From contig CAWELD010000003.1 in assembly GCA_963809895.1 (NCBI GenBank), forward strand, positions 2,720,001-2,784,000: a stretch of 64,000 nt of DNA, read 5' to 3'. Made by a program: the position numbers and the translations under genes. The stretch is from an uncultured Gemmatimonadales bacterium. GTDB taxonomy: Bacteria > Gemmatimonadota > Gemmatimonadetes > Longimicrobiales > Gaopeijiaceae. Positions 30,045 through 39,708 of this stretch are shown here, one piece after another. Position 1 is the first letter of the stretch. Every line of letters starts with the position of its first letter. The notes under the pieces were generated by a model that saw only the letters and a list, made by a program, of their open reading frames with translations, made no database searches and had not been told where the DNA came from.

Positions 30045-30212
30045 TCCACGTCTACGTAGTCGCTTCGCGCTTCTACGCATCCGTACGTACACGGCGGAGG
30101 GCCTCGATCCCTCAACCTTGATCCGTACGGGTGAACCGCGGGCCGTCACGGCCCTGTCCCGACCTCCGCGCGAAGGCCGGAGGCGCGGCACCCGCCGAAT
30201 CAGGAGAGAATC

Positions 30213-31010
30213 ATGTCGCGCACGAGCACGCTCACACTGCTCACCACCCTCGCCGTCGGCCTGGGCGTCGCCCTGCCCGTCGGGGCTCAGGTGCGGGCCC
30301 CGGTCCTGGGCGAGGGGGCCCGTGTCACGCTGGATCTCGCGAAACCCTACCTCGAAGGGAGCGACAAGCTCGGCTTCACCACCTCCGTGCTCACGGCCAA
30401 CGTGACCGTGCCTGTCCAGGGCCGGGTCTGGCTCTTCGGATCGCTCGGCCTGGCCCACGCGACGCTTCCGGACTACCCCTCCAGTCAGACCACCTCCAAT
30501 CCCCGGATCGGGTTGCTCATGGGAGACGCGGACGGCACGCGGGGCGAGCTCTCGGTGACGCTCCCCCTGTCCCACGAGTTCGGCGAGGACGACTACGCGA
30601 CGTTTGTGGCGCTGTTCGCCGACCTGGAGCACGTGGAGAACTACACGCCGGACCTCACCACGCTCAACGCACTCGTGCTTCCGGTTCGTACGCTGGACTC
30701 CGGTGCCCGCATCGGCGCGCGCATCGGCGCATCGCTGGGCCTCAGCGAAGGCAACACCGACGTCCTCGCCCGCTACGCCGGATTCGGCAGCACGCGAGCC
30801 GGCGACGCCGAGCTCGAAGTGGAGCTGTCCGGAATTGCCACGGTATCCAGCGGCGAGGGCAGCCTCAGCGATCGCACGCTGCATCACGTCACGCTCGCCG
30901 CCGGGCTGCCGGACACCAGGACCAGGCCGAAGCTCTACCTCCGGCTCCCCCTGGACCACGACGCCAGCGACGTGCTGTCGGCGGTGGTGGGGCTGCGCGT
31001 GAGCTTCTGA
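30213..31010 (+). CDS. Hypothetical exported protein, probable outer-membrane beta-barrel
   Basis: RBS AGGAG, signal peptide, alternating beta-strand pattern, terminal GLRVSF. Confidence 0.7.
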   Translation: MSRTSTLTLLTTLAVGLGVALPVGAQVRAPVLGEGARVTLDLAKPYLEGSDKLGFTTSVLTANVTVPVQGRVWLFGSLGLAHATLPDYPSSQTTSNPRIGLLMGDADGTRGELSVTLPLSHEFGEDDYATFVALFADLEHVENYTPDLTTLNALVLPVRTLDSGARIGARIGASLGLSEGNTDVLARYAGFGSTRAGDAELEVELSGIATVSSGEGSLSDRTLHHVTLAAGLPDTRTRPKLYLRLPLDHDASDVLSAVVGLRVSF

Positions 31011-31013
31011 CCC

Positions 31014-31057
31014 TTGCGTAATTTGAACTCGTGTTCAAGTATTGAATCCAGATTCAA
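31014..31057 (+). promoter_or_regulatory. Promoter region with two tandem palindromic operators TTGAAY-N4-RTTCAA
   Basis: TTGAAC-TCGT-GTTCAA (31023-38) and TTGAAT-CCAG-ATTCAA (31042-57); TTGCGT at 31014 may be the -35; AT-rich island directly before tetR. Confidence 0.75.
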
Positions 31058-31077
31058 ACACACGCGAGGGCTACACG

Positions 31078-31692
31078 GTGTCCTCATCGTCAGCGGTCAC
31101 CTCCGAGGTCTCATCCCACGTCCGCTCCAAGCGGGAGCGGCGGCGCGCGGAGATTCTCCACGCCGCACTGGAGGCGGTGCGCGAGAACGGCTACCACGCC
31201 ACGACACTGGACGACATCGCCGCGCGCCTCGAGATCCAGAAGACCGCCCTCTACCACTACTTTCCCGACAAGGACTCCATCCTCTTCGCCTGCCACCAGG
31301 AGTCGCTGGCGGAACTGGACCGACTCATCGAGACGTCGGCGGAGCACACCGCTCCGGAAGAACGCCTGGCATTCCTGATCCGTGAGCACGTCCGGATCAT
31401 GACGGATACCCTCGAGGGCTCGCCGCTGGCCTTCGAGGTCCCCTCCCTCCCTCCCGAGCGGCGCAAGCAGATCATCGCGGGCCGAGATCGTTACGAGCAC
31501 CTCCTTCGAACGCTCATCGCGGAAGGCACGCGATCGGGTGTCTTTCGTGAGGTCGACCCCAAGGTCGTGGTGTTCGCCATGCTCGGCTCCATCAACTGGA
31601 TCGCGCGGTGGTACCGGCCCGGCGGGCGCATGCGCGCTGCCGAGCTGGGGAGCCAGTTCGCGGATTACCTTCTGCGGGGGCTGACACGCTGA
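31078..31692 (+). CDS. TetR/AcrR family regulator (KstR2-like C-terminal domain)
   Basis: ILHAALEAVRENGYHATTLDDIAARLEIQKTALYHYFPDKDSIL; LGSINWIARWYRPGG; start approximate. Confidence 0.92.
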   Translation: MSSSSAVTSEVSSHVRSKRERRRAEILHAALEAVRENGYHATTLDDIAARLEIQKTALYHYFPDKDSILFACHQESLAELDRLIETSAEHTAPEERLAFLIREHVRIMTDTLEGSPLAFEVPSLPPERRKQIIAGRDRYEHLLRTLIAEGTRSGVFREVDPKVVVFAMLGSINWIARWYRPGGRMRAAELGSQFADYLLRGLTR

Positions 31693-31764
31693 ATCGCACC
31701 GGCTGACACGCCGGCCCCGCACCGCGCAGGCACCACCCGCGCCGCCATCTCGGAGGGAGATGGG

Positions 31765-32814
31765 ATGCGCGCATTGCAGTTGGTTGGACCGGAGGCCCCG
31801 CTGGAGCTTCGGGATGTCCCGGAGCCCGTGGCCGAGGACGGAGACGTGGTCGTGCAGGTGGCCGGGTGTGGTGTCTGTCACACCGACATCGGCTTCTGGC
31901 AGGACGGGGTGCCCACGCGCCACGCCCTCCCCCTCACCCTGGGCCACGAGATCAGCGGCACCGTCGTGGAGGCGGACCACGGACACGAGGGACTGCTCGG
32001 GTGCGAGGTCATCGTCCCGGCAGTGATTCCCTGCGGTCGTTGCGACCTCTGCCGGAGCGGGCGAGGCAACGTGTGCCGGTCGCAGAAGATGCCGGGCAAC
32101 GACATGGACGGGGGATTCGCGGACCGGGTCCGGGTGCCGGGGTCCAGCCTGTGTCTGGTGGACGACCGCGGCGGCTACGACCTGGCCGAGCTGTCGGTGG
32201 TGGCCGATGCCGTCACCACACCCTACCAGGCGGTGGTCCGGAGCGGGCTGCAGGCAGGAGACCTGGCCATCGTCGTGGGCGCCGGCGGGGTCGGCACCTA
32301 CTGCGTGCAGATCGCCGCGGCGTTCGGGGCGCATGTCATCGCGCTGGACGTGGACTCCCATCGCCTCCTGGCGCTGGAAGGTCACGGCATGCGCATGGGC
32401 CTCGATCCCTCGGAGATGGATCCCCGGGAGCTCAAGAAGACCGTGGGCGCCGCGGCCCGCGAGTGGGGTGCGCCGTCCCATTCCTGGAAGATCTTCGAGT
32501 GCTCGGGCAACGTCCGTGGACAGGAGACGGCCTTCGGCCTGCTCACCCACGCCGCCGTCCTGATGGTGGTGGGATTCACCCTGGACCGCGGCACCTTCCG
32601 TCTCAGCAACCTCATGGCCTTCGATGCCACGGCGCAGGGCTCCTGGGGTTGCCTCCCCGAGCTGTATCCCGCGGCGCTGGAGCTCATCACCAACGGCCGC
32701 ATCACCCTCCGTCCCTTCGTCGAGATCCATCCGCTGGAGCAGGGAGATCAGGTGCTCCAGCAGGTGGCCGCACACGCGATCCGGCGACGGGCCATCCTCG
32801 TGCCCGAGGCATGA
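31765..32814 (+). CDS. had: 6-hydroxycyclohex-1-ene-1-carbonyl-CoA dehydrogenase
   Basis: Zn-ADH motifs GVCHTD, LGHEISG, CGRCDLC...C; family-typical QKMPGND, ADAVTTPYQA, WKIFECSG, LSNLMAF; context. Confidence 0.92.
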   Translation: MRALQLVGPEAPLELRDVPEPVAEDGDVVVQVAGCGVCHTDIGFWQDGVPTRHALPLTLGHEISGTVVEADHGHEGLLGCEVIVPAVIPCGRCDLCRSGRGNVCRSQKMPGNDMDGGFADRVRVPGSSLCLVDDRGGYDLAELSVVADAVTTPYQAVVRSGLQAGDLAIVVGAGGVGTYCVQIAAAFGAHVIALDVDSHRLLALEGHGMRMGLDPSEMDPRELKKTVGAAAREWGAPSHSWKIFECSGNVRGQETAFGLLTHAAVLMVVGFTLDRGTFRLSNLMAFDATAQGSWGCLPELYPAALELITNGRITLRPFVEIHPLEQGDQVLQQVAAHAIRRRAILVPEA

Positions 32815-32840
32815 CCCATCGCTCAGGAGGACTACGAACC

Positions 32841-33959
32841 ATGCTGAAGAGCCACACCCTGGTCCCGGACAGGGACTTCTCGGAGATCCGCTACGAGCTG
32901 CGACCGGCCCGTGATCCCTCGGGCAATGCCGTGGACGGCCTGTTCAACGCCTGGATCGTCCTGGACAACGCGGAGCAGTTGAACAGCTACACCACCGACG
33001 CCGTGAAGGAGATCATCCTGGCCTTCCGCCAGGCCAGCATGGATCGGCGGGTGGTGGCGTGCGTCTTCACCGCCACCGGGGACCGTGCCTTCTGCACGGG
33101 CGGCAATACCAGGGAGTACGCCGAGTACTACGCCGGCAATCCCCAGGAATACAAGCAGTACATGCGGCTCTTCAACGACATGATCGACGCCATCCTGCGC
33201 TGCGACAAGCCGGTCGTCAATCGGGTAAACGGCATGCGCATCGGGGGCGGCCAGGAGATCGGCATGGCCTGCGACTTCAGCATCGCGGCCGACACGGCAC
33301 GCTTCGGCCAGGCGGGTCCGAAGCACGGCTCGGCGCCCGACGGCGGTTCCACCGACTTCCTGCCGCTCTACGTGGGCTTCGCCCGCGCCATGGAAAGCGG
33401 GGTGCTGTGCGAGACCTGGAGCGCACACAAGGCCATGCACTACGGCCTGTTGAACCAGATCGTGCCGGCGCTGAAGCTGGACGGCCGCTGGATCCCGAAT
33501 CCCATGGTGGTGACGGACCGCATGCTGGACGAGATGGGCAACCTCGTCTACGGCGACTTCAAGACCGGCGCCGACCGCGCCACCGCCAAGGAGACCCTCG
33601 CCCGGGCCGAGTCCGACCTGAGCCTCCTGGACGAGGCCGTGGAGGCACTGTGCACGAAGCTCCTGCTGCTGATGCCGGACTGCACCTCGAAGACCGTGAA
33701 CAGCCTGCGCAAGCACAAGCAGTGGCTGTGGGACGTGAACAGCGTCACCAACCGGGAGTGGCTGGCGCTCAACATGATGACCGAGGCTCGGGCCGGCTTC
33801 CGGGCGTTCAACGAGGGGCCCAAGGGAGATCGCGAGGTGGACTTCATCAAGCTGCGCCAGCTGCTGGCCCAGGGGCATCCGTGGAACGACGAGCTGCTGC
33901 GCGCCATCTCCCCTCAATACCGCGAGCGCGCCGAAGACGGCGTGCCCGCCGGCGTGTGA
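32841..33959 (+). CDS. oah: 6-oxocyclohex-1-ene-1-carbonyl-CoA hydrolase (ring opening)
   Basis: RBS AGGAGG; NSYTTDAVK, FCTGGNTREYAEYYAGNPQEYKQYMRLFNDM, GMRIGGGQEIGMACD, WLALNMMTEA. Confidence 0.95.
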   Translation: MLKSHTLVPDRDFSEIRYELRPARDPSGNAVDGLFNAWIVLDNAEQLNSYTTDAVKEIILAFRQASMDRRVVACVFTATGDRAFCTGGNTREYAEYYAGNPQEYKQYMRLFNDMIDAILRCDKPVVNRVNGMRIGGGQEIGMACDFSIAADTARFGQAGPKHGSAPDGGSTDFLPLYVGFARAMESGVLCETWSAHKAMHYGLLNQIVPALKLDGRWIPNPMVVTDRMLDEMGNLVYGDFKTGADRATAKETLARAESDLSLLDEAVEALCTKLLLLMPDCTSKTVNSLRKHKQWLWDVNSVTNREWLALNMMTEARAGFRAFNEGPKGDREVDFIKLRQLLAQGHPWNDELLRAISPQYRERAEDGVPAGV

Positions 33960-33990
33960 CGGCGCGCCGGAACCGCAAGGAGTCGCGACC

Positions 33991-34743
33991 GTGGATCTGG
34001 GACTCGACGGAAAGGTTGCACTGGTCACCGGCGCTCGCCGGGGCATCGGGGCCGCCGTGGCCCGGACCCTCGCCCGGGAGGGGTGTGACGTTGCCGTGCT
34101 GGACCGCGAGACCGGCCCGGAGACCGAGAGCGTGCTCAACCACATCACCGGCCTCGGCCGCCAGGGGCTGGCGCTGGCGGCAGACGTGCGGGACCTGGAC
34201 GCGGCGGACGAAGCCGTCGCCCGGGTGGTGGAGGAGCTCGGGAGCCTGGACGTGCTGGTGTGCAGCGCCGGCGTCGCCCGGGACCGGACCTCGTGGCGCA
34301 TGAGTGAGGAGGAGTGGGACGAGGTGATCGACGTGAATCTGAAGGGGACGTTCGCCTACGCCCGTGCGGCCGGTCGCCTCATGCGCACCCGCGGGCGCGG
34401 GGGACGCATCGTCACCATCACCTCCATCAACGGACTGAGAGGCAAGTTCGGTCAGGCGAACTACGCCGCCTCCAAGGCAGGCGTGGTGGGCCTGACCAAG
34501 ACCCTGGCCCGGGAGCTGGGGCCGGCCGGCGTCACGGTGAACGCCGTGGCGCCGGGGCTCGTGCGCACCGAAATGACCCGGGGCCTCGACCCGGCCTTCG
34601 TCACGGCAGCCATGCAGGAGACCGTGCTCGGCCGGGTGGCGGACCCCGAAGACGTGGCGGAGGTCGTGGCCTTCCTCGCCTCGGACGGCGCCCGCCACGT
34701 CACGGGCCAGATCGTGCGCGTGGACGGGGGACAGTACATCTGA
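33991..34743 (+). CDS. SDR oxidoreductase (FabG/3-hydroxyacyl-CoA dehydrogenase-like)
   Basis: TGARRGIG, NYAASKAG (YxxxK), NAVAPG, VDGG. Confidence 0.9.
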   Translation: MDLGLDGKVALVTGARRGIGAAVARTLAREGCDVAVLDRETGPETESVLNHITGLGRQGLALAADVRDLDAADEAVARVVEELGSLDVLVCSAGVARDRTSWRMSEEEWDEVIDVNLKGTFAYARAAGRLMRTRGRGGRIVTITSINGLRGKFGQANYAASKAGVVGLTKTLARELGPAGVTVNAVAPGLVRTEMTRGLDPAFVTAAMQETVLGRVADPEDVAEVVAFLASDGARHVTGQIVRVDGGQYI

Positions 34744-34778
34744 TGTGCCCGCCTGTGGAGGCGGGAGGAGAGCCAACC

Positions 34779-35537
34779 ATGTCTGTGCAGGTGTCGATGG
34801 ACGGCGCCGTGGCGCGCCTGACCCTCCACGACCCTCCCCTGAACATCCTGACCCGTAAGACCCTGGTCCGCATCCGGGACCACGTGGGCCGCCTGGCCCG
34901 GGAGTCCGGTGTCCGCGCGCTCATCGTAGGGGCCGACGGCGAGAACTTCTCCGCCGGCGCCTCGGTCCAGGAGCACCTTCCCCCGGACCACGAGACGCTC
35001 ATCCCCGAGTTCACCGCCACGATCCAGGCCGTGCGCGACTTCCCGCTGCCCGTTGTGGCCGCGGTGCGCGGGCGTTGTCTGGGGGGAGGCTTCGAGCTGA
35101 TCCTGGCCGCCGACATGGTGGTGGCCGGCGAGGCGGCCGTCTTCGGCGTGCCGGAGATCCGTCTGGGCGTCTTCCCCCCCGCGGCGTGCGCCCTGCTTCC
35201 CGGCCGCATCCCCGCGGGGATGGCCGCCGAGCTGCTCTTCACCGGAGGGACCGTGGACGCGGCCAGCGCGGTCCGGGCCGGCCTGGTCCACCAGGTCGTC
35301 CCCACGGACCGGGTGGACGCCACCGCCATCGAGCTCGCGCGCCGCGTGGCCCGGAACAGCGGGGCGGCGCTCCGGGCCGCCAAGGCGGCGCTACGCGCGG
35401 CTGAAGGTGGCAGCATCGACGCCGCGCTCGGGCAGGCGGAAGCCATCTACCTCACCGACCTCATGAACACGCACGACGCCCTCGAAGGCCTCCACGCCTT
35501 CGTGGAAAAGCGCCGGCCCCAATGGAGCGACCGATGA
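34779..35537 (+). CDS. dch: Cyclohexa-1,5-diene-1-carbonyl-CoA hydratase (crotonase family)
   Basis: PPLNIL, FSAGASVQEH, VRGRCLGGGFEL, PEIRLGVFPP, YLTDLMNTHDALEGL; position next to bcrC. Confidence 0.85.
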   Translation: MSVQVSMDGAVARLTLHDPPLNILTRKTLVRIRDHVGRLARESGVRALIVGADGENFSAGASVQEHLPPDHETLIPEFTATIQAVRDFPLPVVAAVRGRCLGGGFELILAADMVVAGEAAVFGVPEIRLGVFPPAACALLPGRIPAGMAAELLFTGGTVDAASAVRAGLVHQVVPTDRVDATAIELARRVARNSGAALRAAKAALRAAEGGSIDAALGQAEAIYLTDLMNTHDALEGLHAFVEKRRPQWSDR

Positions 35538-36703
35538 CCGTGACCGAGCTGTTCCCCTCGTGGCGAGGCCACTCCCTGGACGGTCTGCTGGCCGCCTGCC
35601 GCGAGCTCCTGGAGGACACGGATTTTCCCACGGTGCGTCGCTGGCGAGACGACGGCGGCAAGGTCGTGGGTCACTTCCAGGTCTACTTCCCGGAAGAGAT
35701 CGTACATGCCGCCGGCCTGCTCCCCTTCAGGGTGCGCGGCGCGCCGGTGGAGCCGCTGCAGTCCGACTCCCGCTTCGGCTCGTACCTCTGTTCCATCATC
35801 AAGACCTCGCTGGAGCTGGCCCTGAGCAACCGGGTGCGCCTCGATCTGTTCGTGACGCATCCCATCTGCGACGCGGCCCGCAACCTGGCCGGAGTCTGGG
35901 GCCGCAACGCCGACTACCGCTGCGAGATCCTCTATCTGCCACAGCACGCCACGTCGGTCCACGCCCCCGACTATCTGAAGGGCGAGTACGCGCGGCTTCT
36001 GGCCGAGGTCGAGGAGCTCGCCGGCCACCGGGTCGGCGACGAGAGCCTGCGAGCGTCCATCGAGGTCTACAACGAGAACCGGGCCCTCCTCCGCGAGCTC
36101 TACGTCATCAAGCGCGAGACCCCGTGGCTGATCGCGGCGGACGAGGCCTACGTGCTCACGGCCATCGGGGGGCTCCTGCTCCGGGAGGAGCACAACGAGA
36201 TCCTGCGGACCGTGCTGCCCATGGTGCGCGAGCGCCAGACGCGCAAGCTGGACCGCATCCGCGTGGTCATGGAGGGCGGGTTCTGCGAGCAGCCGCCGCT
36301 GGATCTGATCCGCGCCGTCGCCCGCTCCTGCTACGTGGTGGACGACGACCTGCTCATCGGTCTGCGCTGGATCCTCGACGACGTGCCCACCGACGGGGAC
36401 CCCCTGCTCGCTCTGGCCCGGGCCTACCTGGACCAGAGCAGCTACAGCCCGGTGCAGCACGACGATCGCAAGCCGAAGGAGGAGATGCTCATGGCGCGGA
36501 TCCGCGAGGCCCGCGCCGATGCGGCCATCGTCACCGCCGCCAAGATGTGCGAGCCGGGGCTGGAGGAGCAGGTCACGTACACGCGCCGTCTGGACAAGGC
36601 GAACGTGCCCTACTTCGTCAGCGAGTTCGAAGAGAACATGACCAGCTTCGACCACCTGGAGATCCAGCTCGAGACGTTCGTCGAGAACCTGATGTTCGAT
36701 TAG
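35534..36703 (+). CDS. bcrC: Class I benzoyl-CoA reductase subunit C
   Basis: PEEIVHAAG, SYLCS, PICD..RNL, SIEVYNENR, FCEQPPL, CYVVDDD, KMCEP; collinear with Thauera BcrC as recalled. Confidence 0.9.
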   Translation: MTVTELFPSWRGHSLDGLLAACRELLEDTDFPTVRRWRDDGGKVVGHFQVYFPEEIVHAAGLLPFRVRGAPVEPLQSDSRFGSYLCSIIKTSLELALSNRVRLDLFVTHPICDAARNLAGVWGRNADYRCEILYLPQHATSVHAPDYLKGEYARLLAEVEELAGHRVGDESLRASIEVYNENRALLRELYVIKRETPWLIAADEAYVLTAIGGLLLREEHNEILRTVLPMVRERQTRKLDRIRVVMEGGFCEQPPLDLIRAVARSCYVVDDDLLIGLRWILDDVPTDGDPLLALARAYLDQSSYSPVQHDDRKPKEEMLMARIREARADAAIVTAAKMCEPGLEEQVTYTRRLDKANVPYFVSEFEENMTSFDHLEIQLETFVENLMFD

Positions 36704-36725
36704 CGACCTGCCTGAGGAGACGACC

Positions 36726-38036
36726 ATGGTGGATCGAGGAGCCACCGCGAGCCCGGTGGGCCGCGGCAACAAGGAAGGTGCCCGCCTCTTCAGCGACTGG
36801 TTCGCGGATCTGACGCGGGCCGCCGAAGAAGGGCGGGGAGCCGCCTACGTGTTCGTCATGGGGAGCCTGGCGGAGCTGCTGCGTTGCTTCGACCTCCCCG
36901 TGGTCTTCCCGGAGATCAACTCTCTGCAGACCGCCGTGCGGCACGTGGCCCACGAGTATCTGAACGAGGCCGAGGACTACGGCTACTCGCCGGACATCTG
37001 CGGCTACGTGAAGGCCGACGTGGCAACGCAGCTCCGGGGAGGCACGCTCCCCATGGGCCGCGTTCCGAAGCCCGCGCTCGCCGTCTACACCAACGCGTGC
37101 AACACCTACATCAAGTGGGCCGAGATCTGGGAGCGCATGTACGAGGTGCCCACCATCACCATCGACGTGCCGGGCACCCGCGCGGCCGGCGACGCCATGG
37201 GCGCCGCCGATCCCGCCTGGGACAACGACCTGCGCTACGTGCTGGGACAGCTCCGCGAGCTGATCCCGGTGCTGGAGGAGCGCAGCGGCGTGGCCTTCGA
37301 CATCGACCGCCTGCGCGAGACGCTGGGGCACGCCAACACCATGAGCCGCGGGTGGAAGCGCGTGCTGGAGCTGAACCAGTCACGCCCGGCCCTCTTCAAC
37401 GCCCTCACCGACGGCACCATCTATCTGGGAGTCTCCAACTGTCTCAGGGGGACGCCCGAGGGCGCGGCCTACTTCGACGACCTCGTCGAGGAGATGGAGT
37501 ACAAGCGAGCCCACGGCATCGGCACGCTCACCGAAGAGGAGCACCGGCTGACGTTCGTCGGGGTGCCCTGCTATCCGATCTTCCGGCGCTTCGGCGAGCT
37601 CTTCAGCGAGTGGGGCGGCACCTTCGTCACCTCCACCTACCTGCAGTTCGCGTCCGGAGGCGCCAACGACGGCTTCCAGTACGACCTGGAGCGACCGCTG
37701 GAGTCCCTGGCGGAAGGACTGCTGCGCGGGGTGCGCTCGGCCATGGACAGCATGTTCTTCCAGACCGACGCCCTGCTGAAGATGGTGGACGACTTCGACG
37801 TGGACGGCATCGTCTATCATCCCATCAAGAGCTGCCGCACGGTGTCCACGGGCCTGGCGGACAACCGCCGGGCCGTCATGGAGCGCCGCGACGTCCCGAG
37901 CCTCTTCATCGAGTCGGACATGATGGATCGGCGCGTGGTGTCCGAAGCCCAGCTCAAGAACCGCATCGACGCCTTCTTCGAGGGCCTGGCCGCACGCAAG
38001 CAGCAAGCGGCCGCGTCGGGCGGCCCTCTCGCATAA
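36726..38036 (+). CDS. bcrB: Class I benzoyl-CoA reductase subunit B
   Basis: [51 protein letters not shown]. Confidence 0.9.
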   Translation: MVDRGATASPVGRGNKEGARLFSDWFADLTRAAEEGRGAAYVFVMGSLAELLRCFDLPVVFPEINSLQTAVRHVAHEYLNEAEDYGYSPDICGYVKADVATQLRGGTLPMGRVPKPALAVYTNACNTYIKWAEIWERMYEVPTITIDVPGTRAAGDAMGAADPAWDNDLRYVLGQLRELIPVLEERSGVAFDIDRLRETLGHANTMSRGWKRVLELNQSRPALFNALTDGTIYLGVSNCLRGTPEGAAYFDDLVEEMEYKRAHGIGTLTEEEHRLTFVGVPCYPIFRRFGELFSEWGGTFVTSTYLQFASGGANDGFQYDLERPLESLAEGLLRGVRSAMDSMFFQTDALLKMVDDFDVDGIVYHPIKSCRTVSTGLADNRRAVMERRDVPSLFIESDMMDRRVVSEAQLKNRIDAFFEGLAARKQQAAASGGPLA

Positions 38037-38046
38037 GGAGACCCTC

Positions 38047-38865
38047 ATGGCATACGCAGCGGGCGTGGACGTGGGATCCACGCAGACCAAGGCGGTGATC
38101 GTCGACGAGGCCGGGACCATCGTGGCCCGGGCGCTGGTCGAGACCGGCGCCAACGTGATCCGGGCGGCGGAGAACGCCTTCAGCACGGCGCTGGAGTCCG
38201 GCAACCTCACCGAAGAGGAGGTGGAGTTCGTGGTGGGTACCGGCTACGGCCGCTACAAGGTGACCTTCGGCAACACGCAGGTCACCGAGATCAGCTGCCA
38301 CGGCCGGGGCGCGGTGCACATGTTCCCCGGTACCCGGACGGTGGTGGACATGGGGGGGCAGGACACCAAGGCCATCAGCGTCTCGGAGCGGGGCGAGATC
38401 CTGGACTTCTGCATGAACGACAAGTGCGCCGCGGGCACCGGCCGCTTCCTGGGGGCGGCGTCCAGCGCGTTGAGCATCCCCCTGGACGACCTGGGACCCA
38501 CGGCGCTCCGTGGCGAGAAGCCGGTGAAGATCAGCACCACCTGCACGGTGTTCGCCGAGTCCGAGGTCCTGTCCTGGCTGGGCAAGGGCAAGAAGATCGA
38601 GGACATCCTCCTGGGCGTGCACAAGTCCATCGCCGCCCGCTCGGCCGGGCTGCTCCGCCGCGTGGGTGTCCAGGAGGCCGTCACCTTCACCGGCGGGGTC
38701 GCCCGCAACACGGCCATGGTGGCGTCGCTGGAGGAGCGCCTGGGCCTGACGCTCAACGTCAGCGAGGACTCCCACTACATGGGTGCGCTGGGCGCGGCGC
38801 TGTTCGCGCTGGATCACGTGCTGGGGGCCCGGTCTCCCGCGCGGACAACCACGGAGGCGGAATGA
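38047..38865 (+). CDS. bcrA: Benzoyl-CoA reductase ATP-binding subunit, BcrA-like (compact, 272 aa)
   Basis: [52 protein letters not shown]. Confidence 0.85.
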   Translation: MAYAAGVDVGSTQTKAVIVDEAGTIVARALVETGANVIRAAENAFSTALESGNLTEEEVEFVVGTGYGRYKVTFGNTQVTEISCHGRGAVHMFPGTRTVVDMGGQDTKAISVSERGEILDFCMNDKCAAGTGRFLGAASSALSIPLDDLGPTALRGEKPVKISTTCTVFAESEVLSWLGKGKKIEDILLGVHKSIAARSAGLLRRVGVQEAVTFTGGVARNTAMVASLEERLGLTLNVSEDSHYMGALGAALFALDHVLGARSPARTTTEAE

Positions 38866-39689
38866 GCACGTACACGGCGGGCATCGACGTGGGCTCGACC
38901 TACACCAAGGCGGTCCTGGCGGACGAAAACAGCGCCATCGTGGGCATGGCGATCCGGCCCACCGGCTTCCGCCTGGCCGAGGTGGCCTCGGAGACGCTGG
39001 GTTCCGCGCTGGCCGAAGCGGGCCTCGTGCGTTCGGACATCGCCTACACCGTCACCACCGGCTTCGGACGGCACCAGACGGACATCGCCGACGTGGAGGT
39101 CACGGACCTCACCGCCGCGGCCCGGGGAGCCGCGGCGCTCTTCCCGAACACCCGGACCATCCTGGACGTGGGTGGCCAGACCATGAAAGCCACTCGCCTG
39201 GGCGAGGGCGCCAAGGTCCGCTCGTTCCGGCTCAACGACAAGTGCGCCGCCGGCACCGGCGCCTTCCTGGAGAAGACCGCCCGCTACATGGGCTTCAGCA
39301 CCGAAGAGATCGGGCCGTTGGTGGCGACCTCGAAAGACGTGGTGCCCATCTCCGGCGTGTGCGCGGTCTTCGCCGAGTCCGAGGTCATCAACCACCTCTC
39401 CCAGGGCGCCGCGCCGGCCGACATCATGCACGGCGCCATCGTCTCGCTGGTCGGGCGCTCGATGCAGCTCATGAAGCGCGTGCGCATGGAGCCCGAATTC
39501 ACGCTCATCGGCGGCATCCTTCGCTTCCGCACCATGGCGGACGTGATCCGCCGGGAGCTGGATGCCGAGGTCAACGTGCCGGACGGCGATCTGGTGCAGT
39601 TCACCGCGGCACTGGGTGCGGCGCTGCTCGGACAGCGTCGACTGGCGCGCCTGGGCGGCCGGGACGCCCTGGGCGCCGTCGAAGCGTAG
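38862..39689 (+). CDS. bcrD: Benzoyl-CoA reductase ATP-binding subunit, BcrD-like
   Basis: ATGA overlap; [39 protein letters not shown]. Confidence 0.85.
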   Translation: MSTYTAGIDVGSTYTKAVLADENSAIVGMAIRPTGFRLAEVASETLGSALAEAGLVRSDIAYTVTTGFGRHQTDIADVEVTDLTAAARGAAALFPNTRTILDVGGQTMKATRLGEGAKVRSFRLNDKCAAGTGAFLEKTARYMGFSTEEIGPLVATSKDVVPISGVCAVFAESEVINHLSQGAAPADIMHGAIVSLVGRSMQLMKRVRMEPEFTLIGGILRFRTMADVIRRELDAEVNVPDGDLVQFTAALGAALLGQRRLARLGGRDALGAVEA

Positions 39690-39708
39690 CCCCCGACACG
39701 ACACGCCC

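Noticed and set aside
30100..30200. c-di-AMP (ydaO) or TPP riboswitch
   Set aside because: Only fragments resemble them (GGGTGAA, CCCGA, CCTTGATCC); the GCTAAC and CTGAGA cores are absent.
35534..39689. 2-hydroxyacyl-CoA dehydratase plus activator for amino-acid fermentation
   Set aside because: Two distinct activator-type subunits and adjacent had, oah and dch point to benzoyl-CoA reductase.
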